DNA from: Candidatus Omnitrophota bacterium
Lineage (GTDB): Bacteria > Omnitrophota > Gorgyraeia > JAHJTE01
Assembly: GCA_018830005.1 (NCBI GenBank)
Contig: JAHJTE010000001.1
Coordinates: forward strand, 321,332 to 385,331
Length of the DNA: 64,000 bases
Direction: 5' to 3'
Part shown: positions 1 to 10,125 of the stretch, in pieces
How positions within the stretch are numbered: position 1 is the first letter of the stretch
Layout: each line of letters begins with the position of its first letter
The notes under the pieces: generated by a model
What the model was told of the DNA's origin: nothing
The model's database searches: none
Seen by the model: the letters and a program-made list of their open reading frames with translations, nothing else
Position numbers and translations under genes: made by a program

Positions 1-1
1 G

Positions 2-961
2 TCTGGCAAACGAGCCCAGGCTGCACATGAGGCAATAAGGCCAACTCTTATCAGGCGCAAGCCCCAGGAAATAAAACAATATTTGACAGAAGATGAATTC
101 AAATTATACGATTTAATCTGGAAACGTTTCCTGGCCAGTCAAATGAAACCCGCTAAAATCTTGGTTACCTCAGTGAAGATTTCTGCTGGTAGGTTTATTT
201 TCCAATCTTCAGGGAGCATGCTTAAATTTGAAGGTTTTCTTTTAGTTTACGAGGATAGGCTTAAAAAAAGTAAAGACCTTCAATTACCGCCATTATCACT
301 TGATGAAAGGCTGGAGTTGATTAAACTCCTCCCCTCGCAGCATTTTACTAAACCCCCCGCAAGATTCTCAGATGCCTCTTTGGTAAAGTTTTTGGAAGAG
401 CGGGGTATTGGAAGACCCAGTACATATGTACCAATAATCCAGACGCTGCTTATGAGAGATTATGTTCGTCGCCTTAGAGGCTACTTTACTCCCACGGAGT
501 TAGGAACAAAGGTATTCGATCTCTTAGTAAAATATTTTAAGAAAATTATGGATTTTGATTTTACTGCGCGCATGGAAGAGACGTTGGATTTGGTTGAGGA
601 TGGCAAGATTCTCTGGTCGAAGGTGTTAGAGGATTTTTATCCTGGTTTTAGAGAAAGGTTGGATTTTGCACAGGAGAAGGCCAAGAAAGTGGTAGTAAAG
701 ACTAAAGAGGTATGTAGTCTCTGCGGTCGGATTATGGTCATCAAGTGGGGCAGAAAAGGAAAGTTCTTAAGTTGTTCTGATTATCCAAAATGCAAATATT
801 CAAAGGCAATATCTACGGGAGTAAAATGCCCGAATGAAGGCTGTGGCGGCGAATTAGTTGAGCGCCGTTCTATGAAAGGGAGATTCTTTTACGGATGCTC
901 TACTTATCCTAAGTGCACATTCGTTTCCAACACATTGCCTCAAAGTGAAGATGTGAAATAA
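2..961 (+). CDS. topA: DNA topoisomerase I, C-terminal part (5'-truncated by window)
   Basis: Frame open from base 2 reads AQAAHEAIRPT; GIGRPSTY motif; C-terminal C4 zinc ribbons (CSLC, CSDYPKC, CPNEGC, CSTYPKC). Confidence 0.95.
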   Translation, partial: SGKRAQAAHEAIRPTLIRRKPQEIKQYLTEDEFKLYDLIWKRFLASQMKPAKILVTSVKISAGRFIFQSSGSMLKFEGFLLVYEDRLKKSKDLQLPPLSLDERLELIKLLPSQHFTKPPARFSDASLVKFLEERGIGRPSTYVPIIQTLLMRDYVRRLRGYFTPTELGTKVFDLLVKYFKKIMDFDFTARMEETLDLVEDGKILWSKVLEDFYPGFRERLDFAQEKAKKVVVKTKEVCSLCGRIMVIKWGRKGKFLSCSDYPKCKYSKAISTGVKCPNEGCGGELVERRSMKGRFFYGCSTYPKCTFVSNTLPQSEDVK

Positions 962-966
962 CAGAT

Positions 967-1830
967 ATGCTTGAGCGTTATATAGAAAAATTCTTTAGAT
1001 ATCTTGAGATTGAGAGGAATGCATCAGGCCTTACGCAGTTAAATTATGGCCACGACCTTAAGGAATTCAGTGAGTTTGTTGGCGATGTGCCTCTGGGAAA
1101 AATCGACTATCTCCTTTTACGAAGGTTCCTAGCACATTTAAAGAACAATAACTTATCAAAGCGCTCTATTAACCGCAAGCTATCTTGCATACGCTCTTTT
1201 TTCAAATTTCTCTTTAAGGAAGGGCTGGTAAAATCAAATCCTGCCACACTTTTATCTAGCCCAAAATTAGATAAACACCTACCTCAGTTCCTGACTGAAG
1301 ATGAGACTATTAGGCTCTTAGAAACTGTAGAGGGTGATGACTGGCGTACCTTGCGCGATAAGGCAATACTTGAGACTCTTTATTCTACTGGGATGAGAAT
1401 CTCAGAACTGCTAGGTTTAAATACAGAAGACATTGATTTCATCTCTAGTGTTGTTAAGGTAAGGGGAAAAGGCAAGAAGGAAAGACTGCTTCCTATCGGA
1501 AGCATCGCGCTTTTAGCTATTCGTACGTATCTTGAAAAAAGATTGAAAAAAAGTTCTATAGTTTTTTTGAATAAGAATTATACGCCTCTCACTACTCGTG
1601 GCGGAAGATGGATAATAAATAAATACATTAAAAAGGCCTCTCTTAAATCTGGCATATCGCCTCATACCTTGCGGCATTCTTTTGCCACACACCTGTTAAA
1701 CAGAGGTGCGGATTTAAGAAGCGTCCAGGAACTTCTAGGCCACAGCAATCTCTCCACAACCCAAATTTACACACATTTAACTACAGAACGATTAAAGGCG
1801 GTGTATGATAAGTTTCATCCCCGGGCTTAG
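967..1830 (+). CDS. xerC: Tyrosine recombinase XerC/XerD family
   Basis: LYSTGMRISE, GKGKKER, HTLRHSFATHLL, LGHSNLSTTQIYTH; conserved position after topA. Confidence 0.85.
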   Translation: MLERYIEKFFRYLEIERNASGLTQLNYGHDLKEFSEFVGDVPLGKIDYLLLRRFLAHLKNNNLSKRSINRKLSCIRSFFKFLFKEGLVKSNPATLLSSPKLDKHLPQFLTEDETIRLLETVEGDDWRTLRDKAILETLYSTGMRISELLGLNTEDIDFISSVVKVRGKGKKERLLPIGSIALLAIRTYLEKRLKKSSIVFLNKNYTPLTTRGGRWIINKYIKKASLKSGISPHTLRHSFATHLLNRGADLRSVQELLGHSNLSTTQIYTHLTTERLKAVYDKFHPRA

Positions 1831-1853
1831 GAACTCTTAAGGTTATAACCTAT

Positions 1854-3116
1854 ATGTTAATATATGATTTTTTGTTTATAATTTTGTTTTTGTCTGCGTT
1901 ACCGTTCCTTTGCCTGCGTCGTAAGTTACATCGCGGCTATTGGCAGCGTCTGGGATTTATCAGGGAATCCAGAAGATTTGAAAATTCTATCTGGATTCAT
2001 GCCGTAAGCGTAGGAGAGATTATCAGCGCCAAGGAATTGATTAAAAGCCTAAAGCAGGAATTTCCCCAAAGATCCCTCCTGATCTCTACGATTACCCCTA
2101 CCGGAAATAAAATTGCCAGAACAATCGCCACAAGTAATGATGCGGTAATATATTTACCCTTGGATATAAGTTTTATTATTAGGAGGTTTATTAAAATATT
2201 TGATCCCTCTATCTTTATCAGCTTAGAATCAGAATTTTGGCCTAATCTATATATTCAATTATCGCACGCTAATATACCAAAGGTGATATTAAACGGCAGG
2301 ATATCAGCTTCTGCGTTTAACAAATATCACATCTTTAAATTATTTATAAAGCCAATACTTAGAAGAGTTGATTTCTTCACGATGCAGACTAAAGAGTATC
2401 AAGATCGGCTTATGCAATTAGGCGTTGGTGAGGAAAAAATAGAGATTAGCGGAAATATGAAATTCGATGTGCAATCCCTAAGGGGTCAGTCTCCTGACAT
2501 AGAAAAGATTCGAGCTGACTTGAGGCTAAATCCGGCTGATGTCTTATTCGTTTGCGGCTGTACTCATAAAGACGAAGAGGAAATAGTCTTATCTGTTTAT
2601 AAAAAGCTAGCGAAGTCTTTTGAGAATTTACGCTTATTTATTGCGCCTCGACATGTTGAGCGTGTTAAAGAGATTGAAAAAATTGTAAGCAATCTTGATT
2701 TTAGGCCTGTAAGGATCAGCCAATTGAAAGATGAGAAGATTACCGCAACAAGTGTGTATCTTTTGGACATTATCGGAAGGCTAAAAGATTATTACGCTGC
2801 TTCTTCAATCTGTTTTGTTGGCGGTTCTTTGGTAGCCTCAGGCGGCCATAATATTTTAGAGCCAGCAGCATTCTCTAAGCCAATAATCTTCGGAAAATAT
2901 ATGTATAATTTTTCTGATATTCGCGATTTGTTCTTAAAGGCGGAAGCAGCCATAGAGGTAGAAAACGAGTCTGAACTATATTTGGCCTTAAGCCAGCTCT
3001 TAAAAAATAGCCACAAGGCTAAAAACTTAGGCCTGAATGCAAAGATGATCGTTGATAATAATAAAGGTGCGACTGCCAGAAACGTACGCATCATAAAGAG
3101 ATTTCTTAAAAATTAA
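1854..3116 (+). CDS. waaA: Kdo transferase
   Basis: WIHAVSVGE, ESEFWPN, APRHVER, GGHNILEPA motifs. Confidence 0.95.
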   Translation: MLIYDFLFIILFLSALPFLCLRRKLHRGYWQRLGFIRESRRFENSIWIHAVSVGEIISAKELIKSLKQEFPQRSLLISTITPTGNKIARTIATSNDAVIYLPLDISFIIRRFIKIFDPSIFISLESEFWPNLYIQLSHANIPKVILNGRISASAFNKYHIFKLFIKPILRRVDFFTMQTKEYQDRLMQLGVGEEKIEISGNMKFDVQSLRGQSPDIEKIRADLRLNPADVLFVCGCTHKDEEEIVLSVYKKLAKSFENLRLFIAPRHVERVKEIEKIVSNLDFRPVRISQLKDEKITATSVYLLDIIGRLKDYYAASSICFVGGSLVASGGHNILEPAAFSKPIIFGKYMYNFSDIRDLFLKAEAAIEVENESELYLALSQLLKNSHKAKNLGLNAKMIVDNNKGATARNVRIIKRFLKN

Positions 3117-3136
3117 AGGAAATCTTTAAATCTTAT

Positions 3137-4216
3137 ATGAGAGATTATCTTTACAAAGTTATTACTGAAAGAAAAGGAGGGTTTCTTGCCGGAATTCTAA
3201 AAGTCATTCTCTTTTTACTGAGTGTGATCTATTCGTTTTTGGTAGGGATGCAGGCCTCAGCTTATAAGCATAAGCTAATAAGGGCTAAAGATGTAGATAC
3301 ATGCGTTATTTCCATTGGTAACATTACCTGGGGCGGGACAGGAAAGACGCCGCTTACTTCTTTGTTGGCGCAATTTTTAACGCAGCAGGGTATGAAGCTA
3401 GCTATCTTAAGCAGGGGATATAAGAAGTATAGGAGTCAAGCGGAAGGGCAAGATCATAGGTTAATGGGCGATGAGGCATACTTATTAAAAGAGAAGAATC
3501 CTGATATTGCGGTGCTTGTAGGAAGAGATAGGGTTAAGAATGCTAGATTTGCCAAAGAGAAATTAGGGGCTAAAGTGATTTTACTTGATGATGGTTTTCA
3601 ACACAGGCGCATCAAGAGGAATTTAGATATTGTATTGGTTGATGTCTTGAATCCATTTGGTAACGGTCATTGTATACCGCGGGGGATCTTGCGAGAGCCA
3701 AAGGCTAGCCTCAAACGCGCAGATGTAATTGTTTTAACCAATTGCACGTCAGAAAAACAAGGCCAAGAAACTTTATTATCAGAAATTAGAAAGATAAATT
3801 CTTCAGCGCAAATAGTATACGCAGCTTATCAGTTTATAAAACTCTTTGATATCTTAAGCAAAGAGGAGGTCGATCATCAGTTATTCATTGGCAAACCCGT
3901 AGGCATTTTGGCAAGCATCGGAAATTTTGCATCATTTAAAAGAAGCGTTAATACTTTTATGGGAGCAAAGGTAAGGGGTGAATTTGAATTTCCTGATCAT
4001 TATGAGTATAGGAAAGAAGATATTATAAAGATCCTCGATTCTTGCCGGGATAAGAAGCTGGATACAATTATCACTACTGAAAAGGATGCAGTTAGGCTAA
4101 AGGATAAGCTTTCAGGCCTTCAAGATTTAAGGATATTTGTGCTGGAAGTGAAAATGCAGATTATAAAAAATAGCGATAAATTCTATAAGGCGATTAGGGA
4201 TGTTTGCATTAGTTAA
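3137..4216 (+). CDS. lpxK: Tetraacyldisaccharide 4'-kinase
   Basis: IGNITWGGTGKTP, LSRGY, LDDGFQH, PRGILRE, FPDHY, TTEKD. Confidence 0.95.
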   Translation: MRDYLYKVITERKGGFLAGILKVILFLLSVIYSFLVGMQASAYKHKLIRAKDVDTCVISIGNITWGGTGKTPLTSLLAQFLTQQGMKLAILSRGYKKYRSQAEGQDHRLMGDEAYLLKEKNPDIAVLVGRDRVKNARFAKEKLGAKVILLDDGFQHRRIKRNLDIVLVDVLNPFGNGHCIPRGILREPKASLKRADVIVLTNCTSEKQGQETLLSEIRKINSSAQIVYAAYQFIKLFDILSKEEVDHQLFIGKPVGILASIGNFASFKRSVNTFMGAKVRGEFEFPDHYEYRKEDIIKILDSCRDKKLDTIITTEKDAVRLKDKLSGLQDLRIFVLEVKMQIIKNSDKFYKAIRDVCIS

Positions 4217-6116
4217 ATTTTTAAGTTTTATTTTCCTCAGGATTCCTCCGCAAGTTTCACTTTTCTTTGCCAGGATCTTGGGTAGGGTCTATTATTGCCT
4301 GGATTTTCGTCATCGGCTGATTGCCTATCGAAATTTACGGCTTGCACTTTGCGATAAATTCTCACCTGCTGAATTGCATAAAATATTAAAGACCTACTAT
4401 CTTAATCTGGCACAGAATTTCACAGAAGTTCTTTATATGCCAAAGATTGATTCCAGCTATATCAAGAAGTATATCAAAATAGAAGGAGAAAGTTTTTTAA
4501 GAGAATTTGCGAAAGATAAAAAAGGGATTATATTTACCTCAGCCCATTTTGGCAACTGGGAGATACCAAATATTGTTTCTAAATATCTTTTTCCTGAAAA
4601 ACCTTATTTTGTCCTAGTACGCCCTCAGACAAAGTCAAAAAAAATAGATGAGTTACTTAATTCATATAGGCAAGGGCATGGTTTTGATACAGTCGCAACG
4701 GACAGCGCCGGTCTACGAAAGGCATTTAGCAATTTAAAGAAAGGCGCTTTTTTGGGTATGGTTATTGATCAGGGTATTGGCGAATCCAATGCGTTTATTG
4801 ATTTCTTCAAGCATCGTGTTGCAGCGCCCACGGGGGCAGTAAAACTAGCCTTAAGGTTTGATGCGCCTTTGATCTTGACCTATATCCGTCGTATTAAAGG
4901 CCCTTATCTTTCATTAAAGATATTAGCTCCTCTAGAATTAAAAAAAGATGTAGGCTCCCAGAATCAAATCCAAGAAAATGTACAGGCATTGAATAAACAG
5001 GTAGAGGAATTTATAACGCGTTTCCCGACCGATTATCTATGGCAATTTAGACGCTTTAAGAGTAGACTCCAAAGAAATATCCTTATCCTGGATGATGGCA
5101 AGTTAGGCCACCTGCGCCAATCAGAAGCAGTGGCAGAGATATTGGCCAGGGTTTTGCGTCGGAAGAAGTTAAGTGCAAAGATTGAAATTGTTAATTTTAA
5201 ATTTAAATCAAAGTTTGCTAAAGTTATTTTTGATTTCTTACTGAAGATTTTTAATCTTTCTTTTGCAAGAGGCGTACTTTCGCAAAAATCTTTTGAAAGG
5301 TTGTTTAGTTTTTGTCCTGATTTTGTTATTTCTGCAGGTGAAAGTTGCGCCGGCCTTAATTTAATATTATCGCGTGAAAGTCAGTCAAAATCCATTGTGA
5401 TTATGAGGCCATCATTTTTTTCAGTGAAGAGTTTTGATTTGGTGATAAGCCCGAAACATGATAGGATTAAGCAAAGGCAAAATGTAGTAAAGGTCTTAGG
5501 GGCCCCTAATATTATTGACTCTGCTTACTTAAAGAATAATTCCAAGATAATTACGCAACAATTTTCTATAGATGAAGACGATAAGAGATTGAAGATAGGC
5601 TTACTCCTAGGGGGCAATACAAAGAATCTTAAACTAGATAGGCAGTTGGTGGAAGCGGTTTGTGATCAAATTCTAGGCGCAGGTAAAAGGCATAATGCCC
5701 AGATACTCCTATCCACTTCAAGGCGTACTCCGGCTGATGCAGAGGCTGTTATTAAGGAAAAGTTTAAGGATAATGATTTAGTCAAGCTCTTGGTTATTGC
5801 AAATGAGAAGAATATCCCCCACACAGTAGGGGCTATTCTGGGTCTGTGTCAGATAGTTGTCGTATCTTCTGATAGCATATCCATGGTTTCAGAAGCAGTG
5901 AGTTCCGGAAAATATGTTATTGTCTTTAGATTAAGATCTAAAACAACAATGACTAAGCACGAGAGATTTCTATTAAATCTTAAACAAAAGGGTTACATTT
6001 ATTTTGCAGATTCTGGAATAGAGAAGATAATCAGTGAGATCTGGATGAATAAACCGCCTCAAGAAAAATTGCAGGATGCTAAGTTGATAGAAGAGGCTGT
6101 TGAGAGGATATTATGA
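4200..6116 (+). CDS. Fusion of LpxL-type lipid A acyltransferase and ELM1/GtrOC1-like putative glycosyltransferase
   Basis: N-half HFGNWE, DQ, YLWQFRRFK; C-half DDGKLGHLRQS, PKHD, STSRRTP, DSISMVSEA. Confidence 0.8.
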   Translation: MFALVKFLSFIFLRIPPQVSLFFARILGRVYYCLDFRHRLIAYRNLRLALCDKFSPAELHKILKTYYLNLAQNFTEVLYMPKIDSSYIKKYIKIEGESFLREFAKDKKGIIFTSAHFGNWEIPNIVSKYLFPEKPYFVLVRPQTKSKKIDELLNSYRQGHGFDTVATDSAGLRKAFSNLKKGAFLGMVIDQGIGESNAFIDFFKHRVAAPTGAVKLALRFDAPLILTYIRRIKGPYLSLKILAPLELKKDVGSQNQIQENVQALNKQVEEFITRFPTDYLWQFRRFKSRLQRNILILDDGKLGHLRQSEAVAEILARVLRRKKLSAKIEIVNFKFKSKFAKVIFDFLLKIFNLSFARGVLSQKSFERLFSFCPDFVISAGESCAGLNLILSRESQSKSIVIMRPSFFSVKSFDLVISPKHDRIKQRQNVVKVLGAPNIIDSAYLKNNSKIITQQFSIDEDDKRLKIGLLLGGNTKNLKLDRQLVEAVCDQILGAGKRHNAQILLSTSRRTPADAEAVIKEKFKDNDLVKLLVIANEKNIPHTVGAILGLCQIVVVSSDSISMVSEAVSSGKYVIVFRLRSKTTMTKHERFLLNLKQKGYIYFADSGIEKIISEIWMNKPPQEKLQDAKLIEEAVERIL

Positions 6117-8191
6117 ATATTTTGCAGGTCGTACCGCGTTTAGATATAGGAGGCGTAGAAACCGGCACAGTTGATTTGGCACACGTCTTAGCTGAGCGCG
6201 GCCATAAACCAGTAATTATATCCAGCGGCGGCAGATTAGTAGCTGAGCTTGAGGCCAGCAGCATAAAACACTATTATCTGGCCGTAGACAAAAAATCTAT
6301 TATTACAGTTTTAAGAATGATACCCAAGGTAATAGACATTATCAGAAAAGAAGATATTGACATTGTGCATGCCCGTAGTCGCGTGCCTGCCTGGATTTGC
6401 TTTTTTGCTTCTAAAAAAACAAATCGAACCTTCATGACTACCTGTCATGGTTATTATTCAACGCATTTTTTCTCACGTATTATGGCTAGGGGTAAATTTG
6501 TTATTGTTGCAAGTCAGGTTATCGCCAGGCATATGATTGATGATTTTTATGTCTCGCCTGAGCGGCTGCGTCTCATTGAGAGAAGTGTGAATATAGAAAG
6601 ATTCAGATTCCGTCCGCCAAAGAATAAAAGTAAAACAGAATTTATTATTGCTAACATCGCAAGACTAACTCCGATAAAGGGCCATGAATATTTCCTAAAG
6701 GCAGTTGCTAAACTTATTCGTTCTATTCCTCATATCCAGGTGTGGATTGTAGGAGATAGCGCAACAGGCGATTCTAGTTATCGTCAGGAACTCGAGGTCC
6801 TAACTCGCAGATTAGGCATCTCCCATTGCGTGAAGTTTATGGGCTTAAGAGCAGATGTACCTAAGATATTGCTGCGGGTAAACGTGCTCGTCCTTTCTAC
6901 TGTAACCCAGGAGGCATTCGGTAGGGTAGTTATCGAAGCCCAGGCAAGCGGCGTGCCGGTTGTAGCAACAAATGTAGGCGGCGTTGTTGAAATCGTCAAA
7001 GACCAGGTAACAGGCCTACTTGTTCCTCCTAAGGATCCAGAGGCAATGGCAAGAGCTATTATGATGCTATTGAAGGATTCACAGCTTAGCCAAACCCTGG
7101 CTGAGAATGCATATAAAAAGGTAAAAGAGGTTTATACCTTAAGCCGCATGGTAGATAAGACATTGGAAGTTTATGATGAGGCGCAAAAAATCGAAAGGAT
7201 TTTAGTAATAAAATTTAGTGCACTGGGAGATATACTTTTAATCACTCCTTCACTAAGGGCACTAAGGAATAAATTCAATAAGGCTAAAATTTATTGTCTT
7301 ACCTCTTTGTCTGGCAGTAAGATATTGAAGAATTGTCCATATCTGGATGATTTGATTATCTATGATAAGGTCCAAGATAATTCTTTAGCTGCGCTGCTAG
7401 AAATAGCTAGGAAGTTGCGCGGTATATCATTTGATAAGGTGGTTGATTTTCAGAATAATAGTCGTAGTCATGTCTTATCTTTCTTGAGTCTGGCTGGCCA
7501 ACGCTACGGTTACGATAACGGAAAGTTGTCTTTTCTTTTGAATAGAAAGGTTAAGGAAAAATATATTGGGCTATCTCCAGTAAGACATCAGGAGAAGACA
7601 TTGAGCCTTTTGGACATAAAGCTAAAGTCAGAGCGATTAGAGATATGGCCGACAGAGGCTGATGAGGATTATATAGATGAGTTGATAAAGTCTCATTGGT
7701 TAGGCAAGGCCTACGCAATCGTTGGAGTTCACATCGGAGCAAGTAGTGCCTGGCCAACAAAGCTTTGGCCAGCTCGTTCTGTTTCCGCATTTATTGACGA
7801 ATTAGCCAAAGAAAATATCAGGGTTATTCTCATGGGCTCTGATTCTGAAAAGGCGCGTGCCGAGGCAATTTTAGCTCAAAGTAAGAGTAGCGCAATTAAT
7901 CTTTGTGCAAAGACTTCGCTTCTGCAGCTGGCTGCACTGATAAAAAGATGCAGTGCTATATTGACATATGATTCACTTGCTATGCATATGGCAAGTGCTG
8001 TAGGTGTTCCTTTCGTCGGTCTTTTTGGCCCTACTGATCCGGCACGGCATCTGCCACCAACAAAGAAGTATATAACTGTACGTAAAGATATGTCTTGTAG
8101 TCCATGTTATAGGAGAGATTGCAAGAATAATAGATGTATGATGGAGATTACTCCTAAAGAGGTAGTAAGTGCGGTTAAGAGCCTGATCTAG
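6113..8191 (+). CDS. Fusion of GT4 glycosyltransferase and GT9 (heptosyltransferase-like) domain
   Basis: N-half GGVETG, HARSRVP, EAFGRVVIEA; C-half KFSALGDILL, DSLAMHMASA, LFGPT, CSPC. Confidence 0.85.
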   Translation: MNILQVVPRLDIGGVETGTVDLAHVLAERGHKPVIISSGGRLVAELEASSIKHYYLAVDKKSIITVLRMIPKVIDIIRKEDIDIVHARSRVPAWICFFASKKTNRTFMTTCHGYYSTHFFSRIMARGKFVIVASQVIARHMIDDFYVSPERLRLIERSVNIERFRFRPPKNKSKTEFIIANIARLTPIKGHEYFLKAVAKLIRSIPHIQVWIVGDSATGDSSYRQELEVLTRRLGISHCVKFMGLRADVPKILLRVNVLVLSTVTQEAFGRVVIEAQASGVPVVATNVGGVVEIVKDQVTGLLVPPKDPEAMARAIMMLLKDSQLSQTLAENAYKKVKEVYTLSRMVDKTLEVYDEAQKIERILVIKFSALGDILLITPSLRALRNKFNKAKIYCLTSLSGSKILKNCPYLDDLIIYDKVQDNSLAALLEIARKLRGISFDKVVDFQNNSRSHVLSFLSLAGQRYGYDNGKLSFLLNRKVKEKYIGLSPVRHQEKTLSLLDIKLKSERLEIWPTEADEDYIDELIKSHWLGKAYAIVGVHIGASSAWPTKLWPARSVSAFIDELAKENIRVILMGSDSEKARAEAILAQSKSSAINLCAKTSLLQLAALIKRCSAILTYDSLAMHMASAVGVPFVGLFGPTDPARHLPPTKKYITVRKDMSCSPCYRRDCKNNRCMMEITPKEVVSAVKSLI

Positions 8192-8194
8192 TTT

Positions 8195-9289
8195 ATGAAT
8201 ATATTACTTCTTTCTACACATCTAAATCCGGGCGGCATTACTACTTATTTGTCTTCCTTGGCAAGGGGTTTGCAAAGAAAAGGAAACAATGTTTTTGTTG
8301 CTTCAAGCGGCGGCAGGCTAGAGGAGCAGTTTAATTCGGATGGTATAAGATTTATTTATATTCCTATCCGCACAAAGTGCGAATTAAGCCCTAAGCTTAT
8401 TATTTCTTTTTTTAAATTAGCTAAGGAGCTAAAAAAATATAAGATTGATATAATTCATGCCCATACCCGCGTAACACAGGTTTTAGGAATTCTTTTGGCT
8501 TTATTTAGCGGCTGCTCCTATCTATCTACCTGTCATGGATTTTTTAAAAGAAGATTTTCAAGAAGAATTTTTCCAGCATGGGGTGAAAATGTTATTGCCA
8601 TAAGCCAGGCAGTGGCGGAACATCTTAGGAAAGATTTCAGCCTAGATTCTCGACGCATAAGCGTAATACATAATGGAATTGATTGCGATAGCTTTAGCCT
8701 GGACAAGGATAAAAACAAAGAAGCCATAAAGAGAAAATTCAATATACCAACCCATGGTCCAATAATTGGGATCTTGGCGCGCTTATCTACTGTTAAGGGG
8801 CATAAATTTTTTATTCAGGCTATGCCCTTGATTTTAAAAAAGATACCCAAGGCTTTATTTCTCATTGTGGGAGAGGGACATCTAAAGGATGAGCTCTTCT
8901 CTCAGGTTAAAAGACAAAAAGTAACTGAATCAGTGTTTTTTATACCTAATCAGGATGACACAAGAGAAGTACTTGCGATCATGGATTGTTTTGTTTCCTG
9001 TTCTTTGCAGGAGGGATTGGGACTTTCGATCATGGAGGCGCAGGCAGCAGGCGTTCCTGTTGTTGCCTTTGCTACTGGAGGCATAGTTTCACTCATCCAA
9101 CACAAAGCCACTGGATTATTGGTCAGACATAAGGATGTCTCTGGTTTGGCTGAGGCTGTAATAGGTCTCCTAGATGATGCAGCACTTGCTGAAAGAATCA
9201 AAAACAGAGCACGTGAGAACTTAAGGCGTGAGTTCTCTATAGAGGCCATGGTAGAAGAGACAGAAAAATTATATTCTAGGATTAGATGA
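8195..9289 (+). CDS. GT4 glycosyltransferase
   Basis: GGITTY, HAHTR, EGLGLSIMEA; paralogous to the N-half of the upstream gene. Confidence 0.88.
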   Translation: MNILLLSTHLNPGGITTYLSSLARGLQRKGNNVFVASSGGRLEEQFNSDGIRFIYIPIRTKCELSPKLIISFFKLAKELKKYKIDIIHAHTRVTQVLGILLALFSGCSYLSTCHGFFKRRFSRRIFPAWGENVIAISQAVAEHLRKDFSLDSRRISVIHNGIDCDSFSLDKDKNKEAIKRKFNIPTHGPIIGILARLSTVKGHKFFIQAMPLILKKIPKALFLIVGEGHLKDELFSQVKRQKVTESVFFIPNQDDTREVLAIMDCFVSCSLQEGLGLSIMEAQAAGVPVVAFATGGIVSLIQHKATGLLVRHKDVSGLAEAVIGLLDDAALAERIKNRARENLRREFSIEAMVEETEKLYSRIR

Positions 9290-10125
9290 AAATAAGACTA
9301 AATATAAAAAGAACTATAACATTAAGCCTTTTAGGCCTTTTAGTTATTATAGTCTCTGCTACACTTATTCTTCGTGAGCATTATGTTGTTCCAATACTTA
9401 TGTATCATAGCATTAGCGAAGATTCGCCTGATAAGGATAATCTACTTGCAATTTCAGCTGATACGTTTAACAGGCAAATGGAGTTTCTGCAGACTCGTAA
9501 ATATAATGTAATAAGCCTAAAAGAGCTAGCCCGACTTATGAGAGAAGATGCGCCCTTACCGCATAACACTGTTGTAATTACATTTGATGATGGTTATCAG
9601 GATAACTTTACTGTTGTCTTTCCGATCATAAAGAAATACGATATACCAATTACTATTTTTATTTGTCCCATGTTGATTTCAGAAGAGGAGCAATATCTAA
9701 CCTGGCCTCAGGTTAAGAAATTGTCTGATTCATCACTAGTTGATATTGGCTCACACACCTTGAATCACACCTTTTTACCTGATCTTAAAGGTAGAGAGGA
9801 GTCGTTAATTATGCAGATTAGTGGTTCAAAAGAAATCCTGGAAGATATATTAAAAGTCCCCATAGATTCCTTTTCATATCCGGCAGGCGGCTTTAATAAA
9901 AATATCAGAAGGATTGTTGAAGAAAGCGGTTATAGAGTAGCTGTAGCAACTAAACCCGGCCTAGATTATCCTGATGATGACATATTTGCATTAAAGAGGT
10001 TGCGTATTTCAGAACATAACAAGAATATGTTTATTTTTTGGGTTAAGCTCACCGGCCTTTATACAAAAGTAAGAGAGTGGCAGAGAAAGGATAAGGACAA
10101 AGATCTGAAGATTAATTATGAGTAA
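9286..10125 (+). CDS. Polysaccharide deacetylase (NodB/CE4), N-terminal membrane anchor
   Basis: PILMYH, TFDDG, SHTLNH, SYPAG. Confidence 0.88.
   Translation: MKIRLNIKRTITLSLLGLLVIIVSATLILREHYVVPILMYHSISEDSPDKDNLLAISADTFNRQMEFLQTRKYNVISLKELARLMREDAPLPHNTVVITFDDGYQDNFTVVFPIIKKYDIPITIFICPMLISEEEQYLTWPQVKKLSDSSLVDIGSHTLNHTFLPDLKGREESLIMQISGSKEILEDILKVPIDSFSYPAGGFNKNIRRIVEESGYRVAVATKPGLDYPDDDIFALKRLRISEHNKNMFIFWVKLTGLYTKVREWQRKDKDKDLKINYE

Noticed and set aside
967-1830. Tyrosine recombinase as the integrase for the tmRNA cassettes
   Set aside because: Typical XerC size and motifs in the conserved topA-xerC context, with no arm-binding N-terminal domain and no link to the ssrA locus.
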